Shown here: positions 11,003-20,393 of the stretch, piece after piece
How the letters are laid out: every line of letters starts with the position of its first letter
Numbering within the stretch: position 1 is the first letter of the stretch
Source of the DNA: an uncultured Bdellovibrionales bacterium
GTDB lineage: Bacteria; Patescibacteriota; Minisyncoccia; Moranbacterales; DUUL01
Assembly (NCBI GenBank): GCA_964421125.1
Contig: CAYQVD010000003.1
Coordinates: 5,779 to 69,778, forward strand
Length of the DNA stretch: 64,000 nucleotides
Direction: 5' to 3'
Translations under genes and position numbers: made by a program
Notes under the pieces: model-generated
What the model saw: only the letters and a program-made list of their open reading frames with translations
Database searches by the model: none
Told to the model about the DNA's origin: nothing

Positions 11003-12412
11003 GTGATGAAAATTTCTGAATTAAAGAATAAGAAAGTGACGGTGATGGGGATTGGATTGCATGGTGGTTCGGTTCAATTGATTAAATGGCTTCTTGAAAA
11101 AGGGGCAATTGTTACTGCAACTGATATTAAAAATAAAGAAAAGTTGAAAACTTCAATTGATGAAATTGGTGATCACAAAAACTTGAAAATTGTAGCTGAT
11201 CAACATCGACCAGAAGATTTTCAAAAAGCAGAACTGGTGATTAAGAACCCAACCGTTCCTTGGAAAAACAAGTATATTCAAATGGCAGTTAAAAAAAATA
11301 TTCCAATTGAAATGGATTCGTCTTTGTTTTTTCAATTTTGTCAGAGCGATAAGATTATTGGAATAACTGGGACAAAAGGGAAGACTACAGTTTCTTCTTT
11401 AATGGTGGATATTTTAAAAAATGCAGGGGAAAAAGTTGTGAGCGTTGGAGTTGGAAAAGAGCCTGTGATGAGTAAGTTGAAAAAAATTGACGAGAATACT
11501 TATGTGGTTTTTGAACTGTCTTCTTGGAGGCTTTCGGGAATTGATCAAATTAAAAAGAGTCCAAAGGTTGCTGTTGTTACAAATATTTATCCAGATCATT
11601 TGAATCATTATTCTTCAATGGAAAAGTATATTGAAGATAAAAAGGCAATTTTTAAACATCAGAAAGAAGAAGATAGTTTGATATTAAATTGGGACAATGA
11701 GATAACCAGAGAGTTTGCCGAAGAAGCTATTTCTCAAAAAATATTCTTTTCAATAAATAAAGCAGATGAACCGATAAGTGTTTTTATTAATGAAGGAGAG
11801 ATTGTTTATCGAAATGATGATGGTGAGGAGAAAATAATTTTAGATATTAAAAAAATAAGATTAAGAGGGGCACATAATATTTCCAATGCTTTAACCGCGA
11901 TTACCGTAGGAATTTCTTTGGGAATTGATATTGCAGTAATTAAGTCAGTTGTTGAAAAATTTCCAGGAGTGAAACATCGCTTGGAATATGTTGGAAAAAT
12001 AAATGAAAAATTTTTCTATAACGATACTACTGCTACTACTCCTGATTCAGCGATCGCTGGAGTAAATTCTTTTTGGAAACCAATTATTTTGATTTGTGGT
12101 GGAGCTGAAAAGAAACTTGACCTAAGTGAATTTGCAAAGAAAATTGCTACTGCTAAGAGTGTCAAAAAAATTATTTTATTAAAAGGTGAGGCAACTGAAA
12201 AGTTGAAAAGTATGATTGAAGAAAACGGTGGAATTGAAAAGATTGTTGATGTTTATGATAATATTGAAGAGGCAGTTCAAAAATCAGATGAAGTTTCTGA
12301 AAAAGGCGAAGTCGTTTTGCTTTCACCGGGATGCGCAAGTTTCGGAATGTTTGAAAATGAATTTGATCGGGGAAGGAAATTTAAAAGAGCAGTGGAAGTG
12401 TTACGTAACTAG
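11003..12412 (+). CDS. murD: UDP-N-acetylmuramoylalanine--D-glutamate ligase
   Basis: Mur ligase P-loop GITGTKGKTT; N-terminal MurD-type Rossmann VTVMGIGLHGG; length typical of MurD. Confidence 0.85.
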   Translation: MMKISELKNKKVTVMGIGLHGGSVQLIKWLLEKGAIVTATDIKNKEKLKTSIDEIGDHKNLKIVADQHRPEDFQKAELVIKNPTVPWKNKYIQMAVKKNIPIEMDSSLFFQFCQSDKIIGITGTKGKTTVSSLMVDILKNAGEKVVSVGVGKEPVMSKLKKIDENTYVVFELSSWRLSGIDQIKKSPKVAVVTNIYPDHLNHYSSMEKYIEDKKAIFKHQKEEDSLILNWDNEITREFAEEAISQKIFFSINKADEPISVFINEGEIVYRNDDGEEKIILDIKKIRLRGAHNISNALTAITVGISLGIDIAVIKSVVEKFPGVKHRLEYVGKINEKFFYNDTTATTPDSAIAGVNSFWKPIILICGGAEKKLDLSEFAKKIATAKSVKKIILLKGEATEKLKSMIEENGGIEKIVDVYDNIEEAVQKSDEVSEKGEVVLLSPGCASFGMFENEFDRGRKFKRAVEVLRN

Positions 12413-12648
12413 TTACTTAACACTTTTTGCATTGAAAATGGCGGGAATATAGTAGTATATTTTTTTGAAGCATCATCAGGAGAAAAGGTGTCTTGGAATG
12501 TAATTAATATATCTTCTCGCAACGCCATCGGAATGGCGAAATCCTCGAAGATACATTAATTACATTCCAAGATGAAAGAAGTTTTGAGACACTCAAAATT
12601 ATATCAGCTATATTTTTAAAAGTGTGAGATTATAAATAAGTTTAAAAA

Positions 12649-13218
12649 ATGGAAAAATATAATAATAAAAAAGTTATTGCAGTGGTTGGGATGGCTGGTG
12701 CTGGGAAGTCAGAAGTAACGAATTATCTTTTGGAGAAACTTTCTTGTCCGAAAGTATATTTTGGTGATGTGACATTTAATCGAATGAAAGAGGATGGGCT
12801 TGAATTGAATTATGATAATGAACGGGTGACTAGGGAGAAAATTAGAGTAGAGCATGGAATGGGGGCTTATGCAAAATTTTCTCTTCCAAAAGTTATTAAA
12901 CTTTTAGGGGATAATGATGTTGTAGTTATTGAGAGTCTTTACAGCTGGGATGAATATAAAATTATTAAAGAAGAATTTGGAGGTAGCTTTATGGTAGTGG
13001 CAGCACATGCTTCACCAGAGGCAAGATCATTAAGACTTAAGAATAGAGAGCATCGTCCGGTTAAAACTAGAGAGGATTTGTATCAACGTGATAAGACTGA
13101 ACTAGAAGGCACAGACAAGGGAGGGACAATTGCTATGGCTGATTTTATGTTAATTAATGAAGGCACACTTGAAGAGCTTCACGAAAAAATTGATAAAAAT
13201 GTTTTGAATAAGATTTAA
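12649..13218 (+). CDS. P-loop nucleotide kinase-like protein (dephospho-CoA kinase / dNMP kinase superfamily)
   Basis: Walker A VIAVVGMAGAGKSEV at the N-terminus; ~190 aa NMP-kinase-sized fold. The specific family was not determined. Confidence 0.45.
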   Translation: MEKYNNKKVIAVVGMAGAGKSEVTNYLLEKLSCPKVYFGDVTFNRMKEDGLELNYDNERVTREKIRVEHGMGAYAKFSLPKVIKLLGDNDVVVIESLYSWDEYKIIKEEFGGSFMVVAAHASPEARSLRLKNREHRPVKTREDLYQRDKTELEGTDKGGTIAMADFMLINEGTLEELHEKIDKNVLNKI

Positions 13219-13222
13219 CTTT

Positions 13223-13718
13223 ATGGAATTATTAAGAGAGATAGATGACAATGAAAACGGAGAAATAGAAAAAGAGAGGACAGCAGCGAGGGGTGTGTTT
13301 TTTGATGATAAAGATAATATTCCAGTTTTGTTTGTTTCAAAATATAATTACCACAAGCTTCCGGGGGGGGGGCGCTAAGGATGGCGAAGATTTAAAAGAG
13401 ACACTTGATAGAGAAGTTTTTGAAGAAACCGGATGTGGAATTGAGGTGATCGGAGAAGTTGGTAAAATTATTGAGTATCGAAGAAGGTGGAACATGAAAC
13501 AAGATTCCTTTTGTTATTATGGAAAAATAATACAAAAAGGAGATACCTCATTTACAGAAAAAGAGACTGAACAAGGATTCATTTTGAAATGGATGACTTT
13601 AACTGATGCGTTAAGAGTTATCGAGAAGGATAAGCCGAAAAATTATGAAGGAAAATTGATACAGAAAAGAGATTTGATTTTTTTAAAAAAGACTAAAGAT
13701 ATCTTGACGAATAATTAA
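13223..13718 (+). pseudogene. Nudix hydrolase split by a +1 frameshift inside a G10 homopolymer (13363-13372)
   Basis: Upstream frame: MELLREIDDNENGEIEKERTAARGVFFDDKDNIPVLFVSKYNYHKLPGGGR*. Downstream frame (ORF 13293..13718) continues GGGAKDGEDLKETLDREVFEETGCGI, a perfect Nudix box. Removing one G gives the contiguous ...YHKLPGGGAKDGEDL... Nudix consensus. Confidence 0.65.
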
Positions 13719-13747
13719 TTGTCTCAAAAACTATCAATTGGTTGCAT

Positions 13748-13776
13748 TTGACTTTTGGCTTTAAATGAAGTATAAT
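13748..13776 (+). promoter_or_regulatory. Sigma70-type promoter TTGACT-17-TATAAT upstream of lepB
   Basis: Consensus hexamers with 17-bp spacing; a short hairpin (agccttgtttcaggct + T-run) lies between it and the start codon. Confidence 0.5.
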
Positions 13777-13840
13777 TAGCTTGAAATTAAGTAAAAAAGC
13801 CTTGTTTCAGGCTTTTATTGTGTCGTTTGTAAGAATAATA

Positions 13841-14491
13841 ATGACTGAAGAAGAAAAAGAAGAGAAAATTGAAGAAAAGGCAGTTCCAGAAGAGAAAGGT
13901 GAGACAAAAGTCTCATATATTTTTGAGTTAATCAAAATCATAATTTGGTCATTAGTTATTATTATTCCTATTAGAGCGTTTCTTTTTCAACCTTTTTTTG
14001 TAAAAGGAATTTCAATGGAAACGAATTTTTATGATGGGAATTATTTAATTGTAAATGAATTAGGATTCAAGGAAACAGAGTTTTCTATTGCTGGTAAAGA
14101 GTTGTTTACTGTAGAAAATTTTAGAGATTTTAATCGAGGAGATGTTGTTGTTTTTCATTATCCTAATAATCCTAAAGATTTTTTCATTAAAAGAATTATT
14201 GGATTACCAGAGGAAAAGATTGTAATTAAGAGTAATCGAGTAATGGTTTATAATAATGAATATCCAGAAGGATTTGTTTTAGATGAATCAGAATATTTGC
14301 CTGGAAATTCTCAGTTAACAAGTTGTAGTGGAAAATGTACCTACGAGTTAGGAGAAGAAGAATATTTTGTTCTTGGGGATAATAGAAATCATAGTAGTGA
14401 TTCTAGAAGCTGGGGAAAGCTTGAGCAAGGCTTTGTTGTTGGAAAAGTTCTTTTTAGAGCTTGGCCTGTTGGAGATATTAAGATTTTTTAA
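13841..14491 (+). CDS. lepB: Signal peptidase I (start moved to the in-frame ATG at 13841, because the longer ORF would begin upstream of its own -10 box)
   Basis: N-terminal TM helix; catalytic Ser (GISME) and Lys region; box E GDNRNHSSDSRSWG. Confidence 0.8.
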   Translation: MTEEEKEEKIEEKAVPEEKGETKVSYIFELIKIIIWSLVIIIPIRAFLFQPFFVKGISMETNFYDGNYLIVNELGFKETEFSIAGKELFTVENFRDFNRGDVVVFHYPNNPKDFFIKRIIGLPEEKIVIKSNRVMVYNNEYPEGFVLDESEYLPGNSQLTSCSGKCTYELGEEEYFVLGDNRNHSSDSRSWGKLEQGFVVGKVLFRAWPVGDIKIF

Positions 14492-14509
14492 ATATTTAGT
14501 TTAATAAAG

Positions 14510-15868
14510 ATGTCACGTATAAGAAAGATTAAATCAAAAAAGTTAGAAGTTGCAAAAACTGCGATAAAAAGAACAAAAAAATTGAAACCAAAACAGTTTC
14601 AAACTGTTCGAGGAATGCGAGATATTCTTCCCGATGTGCAACCTTATTGGCAAAAAGTAAGAAAAGCATTTGAAAAAATTTCAAATGATTATAGTTATCA
14701 ACGAATTGATCTTCCGTTAGTTGAATTTCGAGAGCTTTATGAACGAGGAACTGGAAAGAATACTGACATTGTTGAAAAAGAGATGTTTAAATTTAGAACT
14801 CAAGGTAATGATGATGTTGCTTTGCGACCTGAAGGTACCCCTGGTGTTGTGAGAGCTTATTTGCAAAATGGAATGCAGTCTTGGTCAAAACCAGTAAAGC
14901 TTTCCTATATGGGGCCAATGTATCGATATGATCGTCCACAAGAAGGTCGATATCGAGAGTTTTATCAATTTGGTTTTGAAGCAATTGGTGAAAAAGATGC
15001 AATCTTGGATGCACAAGTAATTCAGATGGCTCTTCGAGTCTTTAAGCTTATTGGATTTAAAAAGCTTTCATTACAAATTAATAGTATCGGATGTAGTGAA
15101 TGTCGACCAAGTTATAATTCTTTATTAGTGAGTTATTTAAATAATCGGAAGAAATCTTTATGTATGGATTGTAAGAAGAGACTGAAAAAAAATCCTTTAA
15201 GAGTTTTGGATTGTAAAGAAGAGAAATGCACACAAGTTGTTTCACAGGCTCCTCAAGCAATCGATCATCTTTGCAAGGAATGCAAGGATCATTTTACTTT
15301 CTTACTTGAGTGTTTGGATGAATTGGATGTTCCCTATGAGATTAATTCAAAGCTTGTAAGAGGTTTGGATTATTATACTAAAACAGTATTTGAAATTTGG
15401 TCCACAAATGACGAAAAAGGTGCAAAAATGGCACTTGGTGGTGGTGGTCGATATGACGAGCTTGTCGAATCATTAGGAGGGAAGAAAACTCCAGGTGTTG
15501 GATTTGCGGCAGGAGTTGACCGAGTGACTGAGAAGATGAAGGAGATTGGCGTGAAAGCTTTTTATCCAGCCCCTCCAAGAGTGTATTTAGCACAGCTTGG
15601 TGATATGGGGAAGAAGAAGAGCTTGAAAATATTTGAAGAATTGGAAAAAGCAGGGATTGGTGTGGCAGAAAGTTTTGGACGAGGAAATCTTCGTTCTCAA
15701 CTCAATCAAGCTAATCAACTTGATATGGATTTGGTTTTGATTATTGGTCAAAGAGAGGCACTTGATGAAACTGTGATTATTAAAGATATGAAATGTGGTA
15801 GTCAAGAAGTAGTTGCATTTAATAAGGTTGTTAATCAGGTAAAAAAGAGATTAAAGAATAATCAATAA
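14510..15868 (+). CDS. hisS: Histidyl-tRNA synthetase carrying a Cys-rich (4x CxxC-type) insertion
   Basis: Class II motifs (RGMRDILPD; FRPEGTPGVVRAY; RYDRPQEGRYREFYQFG; GGGGRYD). Insertion ...GCSECRPSY...CMDCKK...CKEEKC...CKECKDHF between motifs 2 and 3. Confidence 0.9.
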   Translation: MSRIRKIKSKKLEVAKTAIKRTKKLKPKQFQTVRGMRDILPDVQPYWQKVRKAFEKISNDYSYQRIDLPLVEFRELYERGTGKNTDIVEKEMFKFRTQGNDDVALRPEGTPGVVRAYLQNGMQSWSKPVKLSYMGPMYRYDRPQEGRYREFYQFGFEAIGEKDAILDAQVIQMALRVFKLIGFKKLSLQINSIGCSECRPSYNSLLVSYLNNRKKSLCMDCKKRLKKNPLRVLDCKEEKCTQVVSQAPQAIDHLCKECKDHFTFLLECLDELDVPYEINSKLVRGLDYYTKTVFEIWSTNDEKGAKMALGGGGRYDELVESLGGKKTPGVGFAAGVDRVTEKMKEIGVKAFYPAPPRVYLAQLGDMGKKKSLKIFEELEKAGIGVAESFGRGNLRSQLNQANQLDMDLVLIIGQREALDETVIIKDMKCGSQEVVAFNKVVNQVKKRLKNNQ

Positions 15869-15903
15869 TCAATAAATTATCTGTTGATTGTTCAGTTCGA
15901 ATC

Positions 15904-16054
15904 CTTCTGGTAACATAAATTTTGAAAAAAATAAACTCGAGTATGAATTTTGTTGCTGAAAATCTCACCCATATTCAACACCACCTTGGTCGATTTTCAG
16001 ACAAAATTCAAACTCTCAAACATAATTTTTTGTCAAAATTTATGTTACCAGAAG
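15904..16054. repeat. Perfect 21-bp inverted repeats (cttctggtaacataaattttg / caaaatttatgttaccagaag) flanking a 109-bp AT-rich core; MITE-like element or long hairpin
   Basis: The two arms are exact reverse complements; read directly from the sequence. Confidence 0.6.
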
Positions 16055-16074
16055 ATTAGCTAAGTATTTTTTAA

Positions 16075-16440
16075 ATGGTTTTTATGAAAGATTGTATTTT
16101 TTGTAAAATTGCTAGAAAAGAAGCTCCGGCTACATACCATTATGAAGATGATGAAATTGTGGCTTTTGATGCAATTCCAAAAATTGCACCAATTCATATT
16201 CTCATTATTCCAAAAGAACATATTGAAAGCGTTAATGAATTGACAGAAGATAAAAAAGGTGAAAAAATAGCTGGAAGATTGATTTTAGTGGCTAAGAAAA
16301 TAGCTAGAGAAAAAGGGATTAATGAGGATGGCTATAAATTGCTTATCAGAACAGGAGAGCATGGTGGTCAGGAAGTTCCTCATCTTCATTTGCATCTTTT
16401 GGGAGGAGCAAGATTATCTGAAGGAATTAAGCCGATTTAA
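16075..16440 (+). CDS. HIT-family nucleotide hydrolase (histidine triad protein)
   Basis: HLHLHLLGG histidine-triad motif; N-terminal CIFCKI. Confidence 0.8.
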   Translation: MVFMKDCIFCKIARKEAPATYHYEDDEIVAFDAIPKIAPIHILIIPKEHIESVNELTEDKKGEKIAGRLILVAKKIAREKGINEDGYKLLIRTGEHGGQEVPHLHLHLLGGARLSEGIKPI

Positions 16441-16471
16441 AGTAATTAATGAGTTTATATAAAATAACTGG

Positions 16472-16527
16472 CCCTGTTGAATAATTTGATTCGCAAATTA
16501 AAAATCGAAAATTTTTATTTCACAGGG
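16472..16527 (+). promoter_or_regulatory. Conserved ~56-nt hairpin motif in the rpsU leader (a paralogous copy lies upstream of dnaK at 62045-62098)
   Basis: CCCTGTTGAATAATTTGATTCGCAAATTAAAAATCGAAAATTTTTATTTCACAGGG versus the dnaK copy CCCTGTTAAATAATTTGCTTTGCAAATTAAAATCGAAGATTTTATTTAACTGGG. Confidence 0.5.
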
Positions 16528-16558
16528 TAAATTAAACTATGAGAAAGGAGGAGCTATT

Positions 16559-16822
16559 ATGGTAGAAGTAGAAAAAAAGGATAAAGAAACATCCGAAAGT
16601 CTTATTCGAAGATTTTCTCGAAGAATGCAACAAAGCCGTGTTCTTATGACCGCTCGTAAGGGTCGATTTTTGGCTAAAAAAAAGACCAAGAGAGTTCTTA
16701 GGGATGATGCTCTTTATCGAAAAAATATGAAAAAAGAAGTTGATAAGCTCAAGAAAATGGGCAAATTCGATGAAGATAATTTTAAAGATATTAAGAAAAG
16801 AATTCTTAATAAGAATAAATAA
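16559..16822 (+). CDS. rpsU: 30S ribosomal protein S21 (C-terminally extended)
   Basis: MVEVEKKDKETSESLIRRFSRRMQQSRVLMTARKGRFLAKKKTKR fits the S21 pattern (E...LRRFxR...R..F..K.T..R); strong SD aaggagg. Confidence 0.7.
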   Translation: MVEVEKKDKETSESLIRRFSRRMQQSRVLMTARKGRFLAKKKTKRVLRDDALYRKNMKKEVDKLKKMGKFDEDNFKDIKKRILNKNK

Positions 16823-16840
16823 TTTTTAAATAAAATTTAA

Positions 16841-17293
16841 ATGAGCCTAAAAGAAACTATTATTGTTGATTTCAAGCAGGCTTTTAAAGACAAGGACTTG
16901 GAAAAAAAGTCTGTTTTGTCTATGATTCGGTCTGAAATAAAGAATCGTGAAATTGATCTTAAAATAGGAGAGGAGGATTTGGGTGATGATGACGTGATGG
17001 CTTTAATTAAAACAGCCTTGAAGCAAAGAAAAGACTCTGCTAATCAATTTAAAGAAGGAGGAAGAGATGATTTAGTAGAAAAAGAGCTCGCTGAAGCTGT
17101 TATTTTAGAAGCATATTTACCAGAGCAAATGTCTGATGAAGAAATAAAAGCAGAAGTGAAGAAGATTATCGAAGAAATAGGTACTAGTGATAAGTCAGAA
17201 ATGGGAAAAGTTATGGGAATTGCAATGGGAAAATTAAACGGAAAAGCTGATGGAGGAAAGGTGAAAGAAGCTGTTGAAAAAATGCTTTCATAG
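16841..17293 (+). CDS. GatB/YqeY domain protein
   Basis: Typical YqeY N-terminus (LKETIIVDFKQAFKDKD...LSMIRSEIKNREI) and length. Confidence 0.75.
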   Translation: MSLKETIIVDFKQAFKDKDLEKKSVLSMIRSEIKNREIDLKIGEEDLGDDDVMALIKTALKQRKDSANQFKEGGRDDLVEKELAEAVILEAYLPEQMSDEEIKAEVKKIIEEIGTSDKSEMGKVMGIAMGKLNGKADGGKVKEAVEKMLS

Positions 17294-17344
17294 GGGTCGG
17301 AATCTAGAATTTAGGATAGGAATAATAAGATAATTTAGAGAAAT

Positions 17345-17797
17345 TTGAAGATTGAATTTAATAATCTTGCTGGGTTTGAGCCGACTGATGACATTGAGTC
17401 AACGGTTTGTTCTGTTCTTGAAGATATTCAATTAGGGCTTGTTAAAGAGGGGGTTATTTCAAAAAAACTCGAATATGAAATAAGTGTTGCTTTAGTTGAT
17501 AGGGATGAGATTAAAAAATTGAATTTTGAATATCGAAAAAATGATGAATCAACAGATGTTCTTTCTTTTGGATATGAAAGAAGTGATGAAGATATTCAGG
17601 GTGAACTCATTCTTTGTCCAGAGATTATTTGGGAAAATGCCATTGAAGATGGAATTGATCCGATGGAAGAGTTATTGAAAAATTTAATTCATGGGATTCT
17701 TCATGTTTCTGGGTATGAACATGGAGATGAAATGTTTGGAATTCAGGATTTGGTCTTGAGTAGTCTTTTACCTGTTTATGGTAATAGTATGAAATAA
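17345..17797 (+). CDS. ybeY: Endoribonuclease YbeY (rRNA maturation factor)
   Basis: HGILHVSGYEH zinc-binding H3xH5xH motif near the C-terminus; the true start codon is uncertain (possibly TTG). Confidence 0.8.
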   Translation: MKIEFNNLAGFEPTDDIESTVCSVLEDIQLGLVKEGVISKKLEYEISVALVDRDEIKKLNFEYRKNDESTDVLSFGYERSDEDIQGELILCPEIIWENAIEDGIDPMEELLKNLIHGILHVSGYEHGDEMFGIQDLVLSSLLPVYGNSMK

Positions 17798-17824
17798 TTG
17801 AGGAGGTTTTAATTTTAAAAAATA

Positions 17825-18847
17825 ATGTCAAAATTTAGTGGGTTATTTTTAAATAAGATAGGAATTGATTTGGGTACGGCGAATACTTTGGTTTTTGTTC
17901 CTGGAAAAGGAATTGTAGTAAATGAGCCTTCAGTGGTGGCAGTTTCAATAGAAGAAAATACAGTTTTAGCAGTTGGGAGTGAAGCAAAGAATATGGTTGG
18001 AAGAACTCCTGAGTCAATTATTGCTTATCGTCCTCTTAAGGATGGTGTGATTGCTGATTACAAGGTTACGGAGGCGATGATTAGATATTTTGTAAACAAG
18101 GTGAGTCCAAAGATTAGATTTGTACGACCAGAAATTTTGGTTTCAACTCCTGCCGGAGTGACTTCAACTGAAAGACGAGCAGTCGTGGAAGCAACGTTAC
18201 GAGCTGGGGCAAAAAATGCTTATGTAGTAAAGGAACCAGTATTAGCAGCAATTGGAGCAGGAATTCCAATTAATAGTGCTTCTGGGAATATGATTATTGA
18301 TATTGGTGGTGGAACTTCTGAGGTAGCAATTATCTCTCTTGGAGGGGTGGTGGCGGCACACAGTGCTAGAGTTGGAGGAAATAAGATTGATAATGCAATT
18401 GCTCAGTATATCAAAAAGAAACATGGACTTGCAATTGGAGAAAGAACTGCAGAAGAAATTAAAATAGCCGTTGGAAGTGCAATTCCTCAGGTGAAAGAAA
18501 AATATGTTGAAGTTCGAGGACGAGATATGATGGGTGGATTACCAAAAAATATCAGAGTTTCTTCAAACGAAATAACAGAAGCAATTCAAGATGAATTGAG
18601 AGAAGTTATTAATGCGGTTAAAAAAGTTCTTCAAGAAACTCCACCGGAGCTGGCAGCTGATGTGATGGACAAAGGAATGGTACTTTCTGGAGGAGGAGCA
18701 TTGCTCAAAAATCTAGATCAACTAATTACTCGAATAACTGGTGTTCCTTGTTATACAGCAGAGGATCCACTTCTTTGTGTGGCAAAAGGAACGGGAGTAG
18801 CACTTGAGAATTTGGATATTTATAAGAAAACTATTTTAATGAAATAG
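17825..18847 (+). CDS. mreB: Rod shape-determining protein MreB
   Basis: IGIDLGTANTLVFV actin-fold phosphate-1 motif and DIGGGTSEVA phosphate-2 motif. Confidence 0.9.
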   Translation: MSKFSGLFLNKIGIDLGTANTLVFVPGKGIVVNEPSVVAVSIEENTVLAVGSEAKNMVGRTPESIIAYRPLKDGVIADYKVTEAMIRYFVNKVSPKIRFVRPEILVSTPAGVTSTERRAVVEATLRAGAKNAYVVKEPVLAAIGAGIPINSASGNMIIDIGGGTSEVAIISLGGVVAAHSARVGGNKIDNAIAQYIKKKHGLAIGERTAEEIKIAVGSAIPQVKEKYVEVRGRDMMGGLPKNIRVSSNEITEAIQDELREVINAVKKVLQETPPELAADVMDKGMVLSGGGALLKNLDQLITRITGVPCYTAEDPLLCVAKGTGVALENLDIYKKTILMK

Positions 18848-18927
18848 GGATTAGAAACTGGAAGTTAGAGTTTGGAATATTGAATGTGAATAATAGAATT
18901 TAGAATAATTTTGGTTTATCAGTTTTT

Positions 18928-19075
18928 AGATAAGATACAATATATTTATTTTTGGAACGTAATGGTTTCGAAAAGAATGACATAACCAAAATTTCAAATA
19001 TTTCTTTAGCCTCTTGGTTATTTGAAAGCAAGGATAAATTCAGTGAAAAAAAATAAATATATTGTATCTTATTCT
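18928..19075. repeat. ~26-bp inverted repeats (agataagatacaatatatttattttt / aaaaataaatatattgtatcttattct) flanking a ~95-bp core; MITE-like element or hairpin between mreB and the GT4 gene
   Basis: Near-perfect reverse-complementary arms (one indel), read directly from the sequence. Confidence 0.5.
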
Positions 19076-19138
19076 TAATAATAAAAATAAAAAAGTAATA
19101 GTTTTGAATTTTGAACTTTATTTTAAGCAAAAATTTAT

Positions 19139-20296
19139 ATGAAAATTGGAATTGATGGATCGAGGGCTTACTTGGGGAATAAAACTGGAATAGAGGATTA
19201 TGCCTATCAAACTATTGGTCATCTTACGAAACACTTGAAAGGAGAACAAGTGATTCTTTATGTTAAAAAAGGACAAAAAGAAACAGCCTTTAATGATGAG
19301 AAATTTTCTTTTCCGGATAATTGGGAGATTAAAGAAATTCCGTTTAAATATCTTTGGACTCAATTTGGACTGGCACTTGAAATGTTTTTGAGACCTATTG
19401 ATATGCTTTTTGTTCCTGCTCATACGGTTCCATTTATTCATCCAAAAAATACAGTCGTAACAATTCACGGGCTTGAATATGAGCATTGCCCAGAGAGTTA
19501 TTCCTTTTGGGGTGGGAAGTTTCATCAATTTTTTGTTCGTAAAAGTTGCAAGTGGGCATCAAAAATTATTGCAGTTTCAAAAAATACTAAAAAAGATTTA
19601 ATAAAACTTTATAAAATAGAAAAAGAAAAAATAACAGTTGTTTATAATGGATTTGAAAGCAAGAATTTAAAGCCTGTGATTGAAGGAGAGGAGAAAAAAG
19701 ATTTTAATTGGGCTGATGTGAAAGATTTTCCAGCTAGTGAGAAAAAAACAAATTCTAAGATTGATAACTTTCTTTTGTTTGTGGGAAGATTGGAGCAAAG
19801 AAAGAATGTTTTAGGAATGATTGAATCTTTTGAAATATTAAAAAGAAATTATAGTTATAAAGGAAAGTTAGTTTTAGCAGGAAAATATGGACATGGAAGT
19901 AGGATGATTCGAAATAGGATTGCTAGAAGTGAATTTCAAAGAGATATTGTTTGTTTGGGATATATTCGTGATGAACAAAAATGGGAACTATTCCACAATG
20001 CTAGTATTTTTCTCTTTCCTTCACTGTGCGAAGGTTTTGGAATTCCGATCCTTGAGGCTCAAAGTTGTGGACTCCCAGTAATTACCAGCAATTATGGCCC
20101 AATGGACGAGGTTGCAGGAGATAAGAATACTTTGGTTAATCCATTGAATTTTGAAGAAATGGCGAAGAAGATTAATGAAATATTAAAAGATGAAACTTTT
20201 CGAAAAAATATTATTGAAAAAGGAAGCAAAAATGTTAAAAGATTTTCATGGGAAAAGAGCGGGGAAGAAGTTGCAAAAGTGATTCGTAAGAAATAG
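19139..20296 (+). CDS. GT4-family (GT-B fold) glycosyltransferase
   Basis: C-terminal EGFGIPILEAQSCGLPVITS (E-x7-E region) typical of group-1 glycosyltransferases. Confidence 0.75.
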   Translation: MKIGIDGSRAYLGNKTGIEDYAYQTIGHLTKHLKGEQVILYVKKGQKETAFNDEKFSFPDNWEIKEIPFKYLWTQFGLALEMFLRPIDMLFVPAHTVPFIHPKNTVVTIHGLEYEHCPESYSFWGGKFHQFFVRKSCKWASKIIAVSKNTKKDLIKLYKIEKEKITVVYNGFESKNLKPVIEGEEKKDFNWADVKDFPASEKKTNSKIDNFLLFVGRLEQRKNVLGMIESFEILKRNYSYKGKLVLAGKYGHGSRMIRNRIARSEFQRDIVCLGYIRDEQKWELFHNASIFLFPSLCEGFGIPILEAQSCGLPVITSNYGPMDEVAGDKNTLVNPLNFEEMAKKINEILKDETFRKNIIEKGSKNVKRFSWEKSGEEVAKVIRKK

Positions 20297-20328
20297 GTAA
20301 TTTGTGAATTTGTAATTTGGATAAAAAA

Positions 20329-20366
20329 ACAAGCCAATCACGGTGTTCTGTGATGGCTTGTTTTTT
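20329..20366. terminator. Rho-independent terminator between convergent genes (stem aagccaatcac/gtgatggctt + T-run)
   Basis: GC-rich hairpin followed by TTTTTT. Confidence 0.6.
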
Positions 20367-20393
20367 GGTTTGGTGGTAATTCAAAAAAATGAT

